Source of the DNA: Paraspadella gotoi
Lineage: Eukaryota; Animalia; Chaetognatha
Direction: 5' to 3'
Length of the DNA: 64,000 nt
NCBI GenBank assembly: GCA_051294375.1
Contig: CM119264.1
Coordinates: 8,067,051-8,131,050, forward strand
The notes below the pieces were generated by a model. The model did not search any database. It was not told the DNA's origin and saw only the letters and a list, made by a program, of their open reading frames with translations. This document shows, piece by piece, positions 40,335 through 53,500 of this stretch. Numbering within the stretch: position 1 is the stretch's first letter; every line of letters begins with the position of its first letter. The position numbers and the translations under genes were made by a program.

Positions 40335-40643
40335 ATGAGCCGCTTGACGATTATCTCGCTTTTCCTCGCTCTCTCTCTCTTCCTCTTTCTCTTTATTTCC
40401 CTCTCCGAAGGCCAGGACTATCAAAAGCAGCGTACCTCGCGGCGCCAAAAAAAGGCCGAAAAGCGGCTTGAGACCAAGAAGAGGATCCTGCGCGACCTCT
40501 CTTCTAAGCTGCCAGCTTTCACGGACGTTTTCGACAAACGGACTTGGTACATCTTCTTCACGGGGTTAACCGTCGGTTGTTTCGTTCTGGCCTGTATTCT
40601 CTCGCGGTTCACCCTCATCAAAGACTCTGACAAAATACATTAA
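40335..40643 (+). CDS. Small membrane protein (signal peptide, basic linker, C-terminal TM helix), uncharacterised
   Basis: AAAATG start, hydrophobic N-terminus ending SEG|Q, LPAFTDVFD followed by the TM WYIFFTGLTVGCFVLACILSRF. Confidence 0.7.
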   Translation: MSRLTIISLFLALSLFLFLFISLSEGQDYQKQRTSRRQKKAEKRLETKKRILRDLSSKLPAFTDVFDKRTWYIFFTGLTVGCFVLACILSRFTLIKDSDKIH

Positions 40644-41363
40644 TTCTGTTGAGGAACGTGGATGAAAAAAACTGGTTTTTAATCCAGAAATTAAATTTGA
40701 AAGAATACGTATTACGTACGTGACTAGTTGATTGTATAATATAATATTGTATTATCGGGTGTTTGCTGCTTTATTCGGGTAAAAATCTAATGGAATATTT
40801 TGCTCTTTTGGTAAAAGGAAGGATCACTGGCTCATAGGTTTGTTATATAACATTGTCTAGTCATCTATGGCGCCGGCTCGCTCCACCACTAGATTTGTTG
40901 TAGATTTGGAGATCTCAAATATTCTTTTATTCTCTTTTAATTGCGATTTAATCATTTATATTACATTATATTTTACTAATGGCGAAAGAATAGCCTATTA
41001 TAGAAATACAACCTGTGTTTTCACACTTTTGGTAATTTTATCCACCATTGTAAATAGTTATTTTAAATAGGAATTCCAGATTTAAATGTGTTGGGCTTAT
41101 AGGATTTGACTTTTTTTTCATAATTATGCTGATATATCGATAACCTACACACATCAAAGTAACTCAGGACATTCCTTAATCCTTAAAGCATTTTAGTTTT
41201 TTCATTCCGTTTTTTTCGTTTCGGTTGCGTATATTTTTCGCACTTTAGGCAGGAATTTCTGCACTATTCATTGCAGTCGTGCTGATTTTTAATTATTTAC
41301 ATTAAGTTTGATTGTATTAGAGATGTAACGAGGAGAAAGTTTCAGCGAAATTTTAATCCTAAC

Positions 41364-44300
41364 GATGGTAAGTGCCTTTACGAAATGAAATTTTAAGTAT
41401 TTAGAATTTGTCGTAAATTTTTCTCAAATTTTCTTCCATAGCAAAAGTTTCGCGGAGATAATTACTCTGAGGTGGTGCAAGAGACATCTCGTTTCAATTC
41501 CCGTCTTTGCCGACAGCGACGAGCCAGGGTCCCTTTCTTGGACGCTCAAACCGGAGTGGCGCAAAAGGGCGGAGTACTTTACAAAAAGAAATGGCAGAGG
41601 AAGCGTGGAAACGTCGGCGGAGTCTTGTTCACGTTTGTTCTTTTTAATTATTTTAAATTTAGTAGTGTACATGAATATTGAATATGTACCCAATTCAACA
41701 AAAAATGTTTTCAATGATCCTGTTTTCTGCAGATACTCAGCGCCTCGTTGGCGAAATCAAAATGCCTTTAACGTTTACTCCCTGCCTGCCAATGGACCGG
41801 GCTTCATGATGGCGTTAGACCAATCAGACTTTCTCGACGTCAATGGAATGAGCAACCCTCTTAATCCCGCCAACAACGGCATCAAATCCGCCGGCGTCGT
41901 TTTTCACGACGAAAATTCGGCGTTGTCGAGCGACGGCGTTTTGGAAAATAGCGCCGGATCTTCTAAGGGCGCTTGGTATTACAAGGTCGATACCCAATTT
42001 TATTTTGAGCCGGATCTGCTTATCAGCAGCGTCCGACTCTTTAATTCACTTTGTCTGTCTGTCGGTCGCCACCCATTATCTTGTCGTTAAGTCACTTATA
42101 TAGGAGTCTACGTCGTTCTTAGAAATCGAGGAAGACTTTTTCAATGGAGATTTTTGTTAAAATCTGACTACCAAATAATGTCAACGCCCCTGGGAAAAAT
42201 TCAGGTAAAAAATAGATGTAAAAACACTCGATTCCGATCCTGTTGCATCTGAAGGGCTCGCATTTTTTTTCTCTTGACAAATAACCATCATTTTGACATC
42301 GAACCATTCGATTCAAATGGACTGGTCCGCTCGGGAAAATATTTTTGATGCAATTTTTATATATAAAATAAAGGGATTTCTCAACTTCAATACAATGTCA
42401 ACGCATTTAAGGTATGTTGTCATTTTACAATAAACTTCGAATTCAGGAATCTGATAGCAATATGTCTGAAGGGCTCTCAAAATTTTTCTTTACATTTCAT
42501 TTGGTTATTTGAATATGATACGATCATGTTAAAGTGAATTAGTCCATTTTGGTGAAATTTTTATTTAAAGTAAAAGTAAAAGAGGAGCTAATGATCGGAA
42601 TTCTAAGAGTTTTCAACCGGGAGTCAGATTCTGAAAAAATCTTATATGGCGAAAATCTTCCAAAGAAGGGGTGGATTTTCCGAAGATTTTGGTTAATATT
42701 TTCTATATTTATGGTCGGATTTTTTTGAAACTTAAAAATAGCAATATTGCCATCATTCTACATTGGCCGGTCAAAGAATATATTAAAAAAACCTCTGACT
42801 TTTTTTGTCAGAGCTTAGTCCTAACTTATATCATCTTGGTTTAAGGCCTCCCTCACTCTTTCAAGATAATGACAAAGCTTTCAATCAAGACTCTCTCACA
42901 GTCTATTTTATTCACTCCCAAAGTACCTGGCTTTCCTATCTATGAAGTTTTCAAAGAATGTTTCATTTGTATGAAAAGACGACTTCCTGAAGTATTAGAA
43001 CGGGGATGTTTTTTTCTTTTTATATCAAATGCAAATGCAAATCAAAAGATGAATTAATTGATTAATAATTTAATTATATAATTAATTAATCAATAATCAT
43101 TCTATTAATCGTCGGAGTTATCGTCGTCTTTGCTTTTGTCATAACAAATAGAGCTAAAAACAAACAGGTTTGAGCAAATGCTGAGCAAATTATCAGATAA
43201 TTAATTAATGCCAACGTTGATTACTTGATTATCTTCATCGTCGTTGCCATCATCGTTGTGGTTTTTTCTGTCATGGTTAGTGACCTGACGAAAGGACCTA
43301 AAAACAAAGAAGTTTGTGCAAACAATCAGTGTGTAATTAATTGTTTTAAATAAGTAATTAATTAATTACCGCTAATGATCGTAGGCAGATCCGGCATTGT
43401 TAGATCAAACTTGTTTTCTAATGAACAAATTATCTGTTAGATACATTAGATAATTGATAGTCAATGCTTTTTTTTATATAATACATTTGAAAGGGAAAAA
43501 AAAGAAAATTCGGAATGCAGGTTGCAGAAAGGGTACAGATAACCAGGACATACTGACATAACAATCATGACCTCTTATGTCTTGTGAAATTGGGGCAGTA
43601 AAGAAACCTAAAAAATTAGATCATTAAGTAAGTCAATGAACCCTTTCCAATGGGCAATTCCGGTAAAAAAATTTTCTTAATTATAATTGATGATAAATAA
43701 TAGAATTAAATTGTTATATTGTTGTTGTTATATTTAAAAGGAAATTATCAATACAATTTAATACTATGTCTTGCTTTGTCAAATATGTCGCCAGCTATGA
43801 ATTTAAAAAAAATTAATTATGATAAACCAGCAGTGTGTCAAGCTTTTTGTTTGCAGTTGAAGATAATGAAAAATGACGACTTATTTTTCACAGACAAGAA
43901 TGTAGGCGTCCAGATTGTTTATATCAAGCTGAAAACATTTTTGTATTTATCATTTTTCATATTTAAAAAGACATTTTATCAAGCTAATACACAAATTTTT
44001 GCTTGATTTTTACTTTAACTGAAAAATACAAGCAAATTTATGGAGTAGAGAAAATTTAATGGTAATCAAAATATATATCAGTCTTTCCTTTTTCAAATTA
44101 TAAAAGATAAACAAAAAATTTAATATGCCTTTATTGAAATTTTCAACGCAAAAAACTGTTATACTTATTTAAACTCTTATTTAATCAAAACTGTGTAAAT
44201 ATTTATGGATAAAATTTAATAAATCTATTTTAGAAAGGTGTCCCGTGATTAGGGCTTTCATTTGATACCACACCCATCTTGCTACGTCTTTTCTTTCAAA

Positions 44301-46375
44301 AGTTATTCAAGAAAATAACTTTTTTTTATCATTAAAGAACTAAGGATTTGAACTACGCAGTACAAATCTTTGTTAAATAAAAATTTCGTCAAAGTGTGAG
44401 TATCTCATTTATTCCTATTGGTACAATACTTAAATTTTAAAATAAAACTTGAAGAAAAATATTCCGTCATCTTGAGACAAGCGCGTCAGAAATCTCGAAA
44501 ATTTTATTCTGACAAAGTTTGCCTTTTAATGTTGACTTTCCTGACTATATCTCTGAAACTATTTTAGGAATTTTAAAACGGTCTTTTGCAAGTAAATATT
44601 GACATCATCCTCCACGGACTGGCATAAAAATATATTAAAAATTAATTAACATTATCTCTCATATGAGGTATCTAGTTGGTGACGAATCATGAATTCGCCT
44701 CCCGTATGGCTTGGTTAGAGTGAGGTAGTCCCTCGGTGGACGAATGCCTTTCAAGTTCAAGTATAGCTTGGTGAAACTCGTCACATTGGGTTGGTAAGTA
44801 CTCGTGAGTACCGGGTTCAATCCCCTCACGGTTACTCTGGTTAAGTGTGATGGTGTCAGCATAAACACGCCAGTGGGGTGGTCACTGCAGGTCACTGAGC
44901 GCCAGCTGTCGGGAGATGCCTCACACCCCGGGCATCACACATGTCTTCCCGTTGCCATATTTAATTTAATTTATTATTATATTTAATAATAATAAAAAAA
45001 AGTTATTCACGATCGACGAATTGACCGATAGTATGTAAACAGTAAAGATAATGGATGATCGTTAAAACCAGTAGCATTTAATCCTTTAAAAAACCCTCTC
45101 TTATTTAATTATTATACATTTTTCAATTTAGGCGGAGCTTAGAATAGATTTAACTAAATGTTTCTTCCCTCGTTTAAAGGACTACGAACCATTGAGCGAT
45201 CCCCCCGACGCCGGCGAGTTGGACGATTGGGACTCAGACTTTGAAGACTACGAAGACAAAAAGAAAAAAAAGAAGAAGACTTGGAAGATGGCTGCCCGCG
45301 GGATAGGCAGCGGTGGCGGAGCGAGCGGTGGCGGTCGAGATGGTGGCGTCGGGTCCAGTGGGGGCGGCGGCGGCTCGAGCGGCGTAAATGGAACCGGTCG
45401 AGCCGGAAGGATGAAAAACTTTCCTTCGGACGATCCGAACGAGATTCAAGAAAAGCCTCACGTCTGCGAGATTTGCTCGACGCGATATAAGACGAAAGCC
45501 GGACTCAACTATCACTACAACCACCACCATCAAGTCAAACAGGTTTTATGTTGTTGACAGGGTTGTGTTCGTCGAGGGTATTGTCGTCGTCGTGGTTATT
45601 GTCGTCGTCATTTTTTCGGTTTATCTTGTGTTACTCTCAGAACAACAAAGAGAAAGATCGGTGGACAGTTGCCGAGGATTTTGAAAGCTCTTCCTACTTT
45701 CATTCTCCCAAATCATCGCGAGGCGGGAGCCACGGTAGCCCATGGACACCCAAGTTCCCTCCCAAGACGACAATGGAGCCAATCGGTTCATTAGAAGCCT
45801 TCGCAGAGTTATCTGCTTCGTCACTGCACAGTTCTAAAAAGAGCATGTCCGCTATGGCCGCGCTTCTTACCGCGGGAGGTGGCGCTGCTCCCGGAAACAA
45901 CCCAGATTCGTCGTCTTCTGCTTCTTCCAAGGACTCTTCCTCCACTACTCCAGCCACTGTTGCCCCAGCGGCGCTACCCTCTTCCGTTACCCAAAATCTT
46001 CAGCCCGACAACGGTGAGGGTACACCGACGCCCGCGGACGCTTACTGCGACTTTTGCCTCGGTGACGCTCGCGAGAATAAAAAGACCGGCCGGCCGGAAT
46101 CGCTGGTTACGTGCTCGGTTTGTTCTCACTCGGGCCATCCGACCTGTCTCCAGTTTACCGATAACATGATCATCTCTGTGCGTAAGTATCCGTGGCAGTG
46201 CATTGAATGCAAGTCCTGCGCCATCTGTGGTACCAGCGACAATGACGACCAGCTTCTCTTCTGCGATGACTGCGACAGGGGTTATCACATGTACTGCCTG
46301 GACCCGCCGCTCGACGCCCCGCCCGAGGGCAACTGGAGCTGCGAACTCTGTGTCGCAGAGTTTAAGCAAAAGTGA
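41364..46375 (+). CDS. DPF2: d4/Requiem family (DPF1/2/3-like) BAF subunit: Requiem-N, C2H2 finger, double PHD
   Basis: [24 protein letters not shown] (Requiem N-domain), [26 protein letters not shown], and YCDFCLGD...SGHPTCLQF...[34 protein letters not shown]...EGNWSC. There is a ~3-kb repeat-filled intron (~42205-45179). The symbol stands for the single invertebrate d4 gene. Confidence 0.92.
43050..43416 (-). mobile_element. HINE-like family 1, partial copy in the DPF intron
   Basis: The reverse complement starts AAACAAGTTTGATCTAACAATGCCGGATCTGCCTACGATCATTAGCGGTAATTAATT and contains GACAAAAGCA...GACGAT and TAAT repeats, as in 17480-17750. Confidence 0.7.
44691..44959 (+). mobile_element. 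tRNA-derived SINE-like family B, copy 1
   Basis: A-box-like TAGCTTGGTGAA and B-box GGGTTCAATCCC (44813-44824). Matches the reverse complement of 57882-58116 and ends GGGCATCACA...GTTGCCATA plus an AT tail. Confidence 0.75.
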
Positions 46376-47063
46376 AGATGGCGCTGGAAGGGATTGGTTG
46401 CCCTCTGTAGATGTTAGGTTATTTTTGCCTTTGAGAATTTTCTTGTCGGGCTCGTCTTTTCTTGGGGTCAAGTATTTTTTTCGAATTCATAAAAATTTAA
46501 AAATTCAAGTTTTTAAACCATGTTAGTAGGAAAGTAATCCTATAGGTGGGTTAAATGATAAACGAACTGGCTTATACGTATAATCCGTTATGAAATTTTT
46601 TAGTTTTGTCATTGGAATGTTGCCAGCAGCCACAGTTTTATCAGAGAATTTCTTTGAGCCAGTTTTAAATATTTTAGTGCCACGTTCATTTGCTATTTAC
46701 AATCAAAAGTAGACTGGTAGTATTTTTTTGATAAAACTATTTAAAATACAAAATGGTGTATTATAAAATCGTTGTAAATCAATTCCAGCGTTGAATAGGA
46801 AAAAGGGTCACACGTTTTTATTTTTTTTTGTTGACAAATTTTACAAGAGACTTAGTTTCTTTATTATTATTTTGAATTCACGTTTGTATAAAAAGCATTA
46901 GGAGCTTCACAAAATTTTTTGTGAAACTTTTTTATATTTTTCTTTCCCTGTAATCAAATCCCCGGACTATTCTTTTATATTTCAGAACTTGATTAAAAAT
47001 CTTTCAAGTTCGTGCTTGGTTTTGTGAATCGTATGCGATGATGGCCTGAAAAGCGGCTGTTCC

Positions 47064-50000
47064 ATGACTCGAAAACAAATTTTTCCTGATCACGATTTCA
47101 AAATGCCTGTTGGTAACGCTGAAATTTCGCGGAAGGCAGATGATGAATCTAAACCCTCGCCGGAAATTAAAAAAACCTCTGTCACCCTCCCGGCCACTGC
47201 GAACAATGCCTCCGGCCCAACACCTACCCTTGTTCCGTCCTCGGGAGTTACCCCCTTGCCTGGTGCTATTCAACTAGATGGCTTCGTGGTTTCGCCAATT
47301 GGAGCTTCAAACGTTTCTACTGCCCTTTTGCCACAACCGGCATTGCAACCGGCGTTACAACAGTCTCAACAACGTAGCGCTAGTTCATCCTTCAAGCACG
47401 AATGGGCACCAGGAGCGCACGACGATGTACTCGAAGTCAGATGTAAGGAAACTCTCGGGTTTCTCCACAAGGACAAGTTTGGCAGCGGTGGGCGGGGCAA
47501 GTGCATGGAAGTCGAGGGAAAGTGGATGACGCCAAACGAATTCGAGGTTTTGGCGGGGAGAGCGTCGAGTAAGGATTGGAAGAGATCCGTCAGGTGAGCT
47601 TGTTGTCAGAATTGGCTTATTTGAAACGTCATACTCATCGTATTTAATGTTTACTTAGCAATGTTAAAAAGGAATTTGAATTTTTGGAAGCTAATTCTCA
47701 AATATGAATTTTATATTCAAGATTCCAGGGTCGACCTTTGGGAAATTTAATCGAGGACGGAATCCTTCGTCCGCATGCTTCATCATGCACTTGCGTCATC
47801 TGCGGTGGTTCTCCTATGGGCGGCTCCACCGGCGCTGTTCGTCTCCACGTTCCGGCAAAGCGACGGCAAATTGGAAGTGCCGCTACAAAAAAGCACAAAT
47901 CTGATGCTAACGAAGAAAAAACTCGTTCACTTGACGCCTCCCAGGAATTGGTTCGGGCAAATCAGCAAAGTTTACTGCAGCATCTTGCAAATCCATCCTT
48001 GCAACAGCAAATCGTGGAGAGCGGTGAGGTCGAAGCTTTGGGTAGACAAAAACCGCAGTCGTTGCAGGTTAATTGTTTATTATGCTGGTGTTTATTCTTA
48101 AAATCATTATTGTTATCTATTTGTTATTAAGATTTTGACGTCGGAATCTAGCGAATGTCCGTCCTACTACGTGAATCCTTATTCTCAGTTGACTTGTGGA
48201 GGTAAGTAAAGATGCTGCCTTTGTTGAAAAAAATTTGTTGGGGTACCCAGTTGAAAATCTCCTAGGGCAATACATGATGGTTGCACCAAATGGATATTCC
48301 ATGCCAGCCAGGCTCACCAGCGTACCAACAGCGCCAACGGCACCAATGATGGTTTCTGGATTAATGCCCACCTCGGACCAAGGGGATGTTTCGGAAATGG
48401 GATCGCCAAACAGCGAAACGGGTGAGAAAATTTATTTATCTAACATTGTATTATCTTTCTTAGAGAGAGAGAGCGAGAGCATTCTGTAACTTCAAGGGTC
48501 AATTGGTTTGCTAGATTCGATTGATAGCAAACAGTTCTCTCAATTGGAAGACACTGCAAATTCTTTGCTTGGCAAGGCACAGGAACTTAAAGAGATGCTA
48601 CAGATCGCGAGAAGTGGATCCTCTGAAGAGAAGCAAGCATTGCTTCAGTCACTTAAGTGAGTTGGCTAACACAAATTGGTATTCTGTTCAACTGCTACCA
48701 ATTTCTACTAATTATTTTCAGAAATCAGTCTAAGAAAGAGACGGAAGAACTGCAGCAATTGAAGAATTTGCAATTATCTATTCCACAATCCAGCCATTCG
48801 CAAGTCGTAATTCCTTCTCCCAAGTGAGTAAAGCTAAGTTTATTAAATATAAAAATAATACTTAAGGGAGTGGTCTTTTCATACAATTGAAACATTCTTT
48901 GAAATATTATATCACTTCCTAGATAGGGAAGCCTGGTACTCCGGGAGTGAATAAACGAGACTGTGAGAGAGGCCTGTCCAAAGTCAGGGGCAAGATATCT
49001 TATTTATTAAATGAATGGATAATTTTTATATTGGTTGTACCAATTTCATAATATTATATCTTGCTTTTTTGTGTCTGTCTGTACATCTGCCATTGAATAT
49101 ATTCCTTTTGTTTTTATACTTCTAAGCTAATTTTAATTTTCATATATTAAGCCAGGTTTGTTATGTATAAAACTTAGTTTTCCTGAGTCTCAAAGTTTGT
49201 CATAGGTCCAGATTGTTGATATGCGATTGCAACGATCCTTATGCTTTTAAAATTTTAGGCCCTTTTTCGCTATGTCGGTTCCCGGAAATGAAGCATTAAT
49301 GGCGAATACTTCTGGATTTCAGTTAGGTAATTATCGATTTGGTTTTTACCATATAATAATGTAATAATTGTCGAATCCTTTGCCTCAACTCTCGGGGATT
49401 CGGGAGATTTCGACCGAAGGCTCGTAGGGGGTGAAATTCTTTAACGTGGAGAGAGCTGTATAGCTACTGAGAATGTAAAATCGTCCGGGCGAAGACTTGA
49501 ACAGTGAACACTCGACAACGCTAGCGTGAGAAGAAAACTATCTCACAATAAATCCTTTCTTTTGCGTTGTTTCGCATTGTATAAGTTGGCAAAACTTGAA
49601 TTTTTACGATTTTTATTTAACAATCTCTTATGGCAACAGCCGGGTTGCCTGTGATGCCCATTGGGATGGGGCATCTCACTGTTGGCTTTGGGGGCTTCCG
49701 ACCCTCAGTGACGCCTCCAGTCACTGGCGCGGTTACCCTAGGACGGTCTCGCTTTGCCAACGCAGAGGGAAGTCGTTAGGACTGTGGATGGAACACTACG
49801 CCTGGGATGGTGTGTTCCCCCTCTGAGCCAATGGATTTGGCTGTAGGATGGTGGACGTGAGGCGGTGTGAATATACTGCCAAACTCTAATACTATTATAA
49901 TAATAATGACAATTGCGCTTAACAAATAATAATAATTGCGCTTTTTTTTCAGGCGTTCCAACGTATCTCGGATCTCATGGATTTGTTCCAACGGCTTTAG

Positions 50001-50380
50001 CTTCTACAACATCTCCGGCATCTCCCGCCATGCTGCAACACCCTGCCGCCCTTGCTATAGGCACTCCGGCAAGCTCCGGGTTGCTGCAACATCCAGGGTC
50101 TTTAGCCGCGTCTGTGGCTTCAGCGTCGATCACTCCCTTCGTAGACGCCTCGAAACTGATACCGGCATCGTCATCGTCAAGCGAAGTCGGCCCCACATTG
50201 ACTCCTTTCGGTGGAGCCTTTTACTTAGCTCCCTCCTCGTCCTTCCCTGTTTCGCCGTGGGTCACGACGACCACGACGACGACTGCTTCGACGCCTATTC
50301 CCTTTGTTATGGCGTCAGGGTTGACTCAGGGGGCGTCCTTCGCTCCTTCCCTTGTTCCCGCCGTCGAACCTGCCTCCTAA
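47064..50380 (+). CDS. DEAF1: DEAF1-like SAND-domain transcription factor lacking the C-terminal MYND finger
   Basis: SAND domain LEVRCKETLGFLHKDKFGSGGRGKC...TPNEFE..AGRASSKDWKRSVR, followed by the DEAF1-specific LRPHASSCTCVIC and GAVRLHVPAKRR, then a coiled coil. The donor at 48822 splices in frame to 49259-49326 and 49953-50380 (Ser/Pro/Ala-rich). Confidence 0.85.
48973..49055 (+). repeat. Short (~80 bp) dispersed repeat, copy 2
   Basis: Matches 20672-20748. Confidence 0.75.
49628..49880 (-). mobile_element. SINE-like family A, copy 2, in a DEAF1 intron
   Basis: Reverse complement of 13700-13960 with scattered substitutions. Confidence 0.75.
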
Positions 50381-50594
50381 TCTTTAGCTCCCAGTGCATA
50401 ACTCAGTAATGGTTACGTTTTAATCTTTTCATGAAGTCAAAGGATTAAATATATGAGTTTGCTTGTTATATTGTTCTATTTAAACAGTTACATTTAGAAA
50501 AATCGCTATTTTTATCGATTTTTAATTATTGCTGCTCTTTAATTAATCCAAGACATGTGAAATCCTCACGCTTCACGCGACGAGTTAGTTAGTC

Positions 50595-53500
50595 ATGGCG
50601 CTCTTGTCGCATCAACTGCAGCAGGAGCTGGAGCAAAATCCGTTCGACGCCGACGAATTTGTGGAAAGGTGAGGAAATGAAAGTTATTCATTTGAGTATT
50701 ATAATGTAGGTCACCCATTTGACATTTGTGCACAGATTGGCATGGCGAACTTCTGGAGGACGCAGCGTGGACTCATTCGATCCTATGGTGCTTCATCAAT
50801 CATTTGAACAAACCATAAGAGATCTGAAAGTAAGCTCTACCTCAATAATAATTACGTATCGATATGATTATGCTATTTCCTGTTTAATCAGAAGAACAAA
50901 AATTAGAACAAAAGCGAATCCACATTCGCTTTTGTTCTTATTTTTTTTTTTCATTCTTAATTTTTTCAGGTTCTTAACGAGAAGATGAAACGGAAATCGG
51001 AAAAGTTGGAGGCTCAGGTGACGGACGAAGAGAAAAAGTTCAAAGGTCACGTCAACGAGTTGCTGAGGGGCAACCAACAGGCTTTTGCCCAGTTCCAGGA
51101 TCTCGACGAGAAAATAAACTACGTCGCCACCAAAGTCGTCCATTTAGGTTAGCGCCGACTTTTGATGTTGTTTTGGAGGGGGTTAATGGTCAATTAGTAA
51201 CTATCCCAGGTTACATTTTAAGGCGAACAGCTTGAAGGCGTCAATATCCCGAGATCGCGCGCAGTCGAGGCTCAGCAACTCATTCGATATTTCGCGGAAT
51301 TTATGGAGCCAGTATCGCGAGGTTCTAACTCCTCCATATTTTCCGATCCTCAGCAGCTTCAGGCCGCCGCTGACATTATTCAGAAACTACACATGATAGC
51401 GCAAGTACGTGGATTCCTCAAAAAATGGAAAAAAATGTTCCTTTCATTGGTCGCATATTATTGATGGAGACAATATCATGGACAATCTCAAAGACTCTAA
51501 ACTTACCGATGCATGGCATGGCATGGCATCGCCCACAACAATCACCCTCTAACATTATGAATCCGTAGGAACTCCCAGCTGACCCTAAGTTCGAGGTTGC
51601 TAAGCGACGAATAGCCGAAAAATACGATTCTATCGAGCGAAGTCTGATCGAAGAGTTTAACAACGCCCATCGAAAGGATCCCTGCGACAAGCAGAAAATG
51701 AAATCGTGCGCAACGAGCCTCTCTCATTTCAAAGGTACTAATTTTTTCAAATTTAATTGTAATTAATTATATTCCTACATTTTTGTGTTTCCTTAGCATA
51801 ATTATATGGGTTTCTTTTGAGGTTACAACCAGTGCATTGACGCTTTTATAGAACGTTGTCAAGAAGACACATTTTTTCACGAGGAAATTCACCCTGATAT
51901 TTTGCATCTTTGTCACAAAACTGAACAATTGATCAACGAGGTTGGTTTCAGATTTTAAGTAAAAAAGGAAATCTATTTTCACTGTTTCAATGTTACAAAT
52001 GCTTGACTCTTTTAGGTATTTACAAATCCTGAAGCTGTGATGGCGAAGTTAATATTAAATATTTACAATGGGATATTAAAAAAAGAAGTCGATTCCAACT
52101 TGGGAGAGGTTAAAGCCACGGAAGCTTATTTGAAAAACCTTCACGACTGGTAGCATAACTGTGTACATCTTATTTTTACGCAAATCCATGTCTTTTTTAT
52201 GGAATATACGTAGTAGAACGATATTAATCGTGTCTTATTTTTCTAATTTTTCTAGGTATACGAAAACAAACCAACTGTCTTCAGATTTAAAGCGCTTTAA
52301 TATGGGTTCCGATCATACGTTTTTGACGAAACTTACAAAACATATTTTTTCTCGATATTTGCAACAATATATCGATGTTGAAATCGGATTTCTTCGTAGC
52401 AAATGCGACTTTATACTACGAAGATATTACGAAAATAAAGGTGGCTAAAGTCCCTAATTTAATTCTTTTTTATATTCCGCTTAATTTTATTATTTTCTTT
52501 TTCAACGTAGGTCACGTCAAGCGGTTTATGCAATCATCCAGTGCTGTCGGAACCGCTATTCAAGATTTTCAGGCGAAAATTCAAGGCCAAATACAAGCTA
52601 AAAGTAAATTATCTTGTGAATGAGATTTTTTGCATATGTTTATGATTTAAAATGACTTTGCAGGCCTTTATCCGCTCCACCATCAGCCTCAAGTTGAGAA
52701 TTTTGGAGGGGAAACGTTTTTGTCCCAAGAAGTCGCAATAAATCTGCTCCAGGTTGTAGATGATTGCTGACTGACATTTTTGATTCCAGATGACTTTATT
52801 TTTCTACTTTATATAAATGCGACAGGAATTCAAAATGGCCTTCAAGCGATGTCAAACTCTGGCGATCAACTCGACTCAACTGCCTCAAAACGCGTTGCGG
52901 GTTTTCGATCTGATGGTTCAATACCTCTGTGTGGATCACATCGACTACGCCCTAGAACTCGGCTCCCTCACCATTCCCAGCGCTGATCCAAAGACCGAAC
53001 CGGAGGTGACCTTTTTCGACGTGGTCGGCCAGGCCAACGCGATTTTCCATCTACTTGAGAAGCAGTTTTCGGGAGACGTCGTTCCGCTCGTACTCGGCTC
53101 GCCACAGGTTGGAAATAAGAAAGCGACCCTCCGAGCGTATTTGGCTTTAAAAAAAGCTTTAAAGCTTTAAAGGTTTAAAAAAAAAATTGGTCTCGATCTA
53201 TGATCATTAGCACTCCGAGGCGCTTCAGAGGAAGAGAAGAATTATGCACGAAATGGAGTCCAAGCTCGACAACGGGTTGGACCGCTCTCTGGCGGCGATC
53301 GTCGGATGGGTCAAGTCAGTTTAGCATCTTCCGCTCGAAAATTCTTTTTCGTCCTATTCCGAAATCCGTTTTTATTTTTTTCGCGTCCAGGTTTATTTTG
53401 AGCAACGAACAGAAAAAGACTGATTTCAAACCCGAATCGGAGGGTGACGGGGAATTTCTTCTCTATTCGCAGGTAAAACGAAAAAGTTTTACTTTTAATC

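Noticed and set aside
44700-44830. tRNA gene
   Set aside because: A B-box is present but no cloverleaf can be drawn, and it is part of a longer dispersed repeat, so it is a SINE head.
49370-49550. rRNA fragment or intronic H/ACA snoRNA (GGTGAAATTCTT resembles 18S; small hairpin; ACA near the end)
   Set aside because: Only about a 12-nt match and no convincing two-hairpin/H-box layout by eye. An Infernal/Rfam scan would be needed.
49273-50380. Separate small gene starting at ATG 49273
   Set aside because: The acceptor at 49258 is in frame with the DEAF1 donor at 48822, so it is better explained as DEAF1's final exons.
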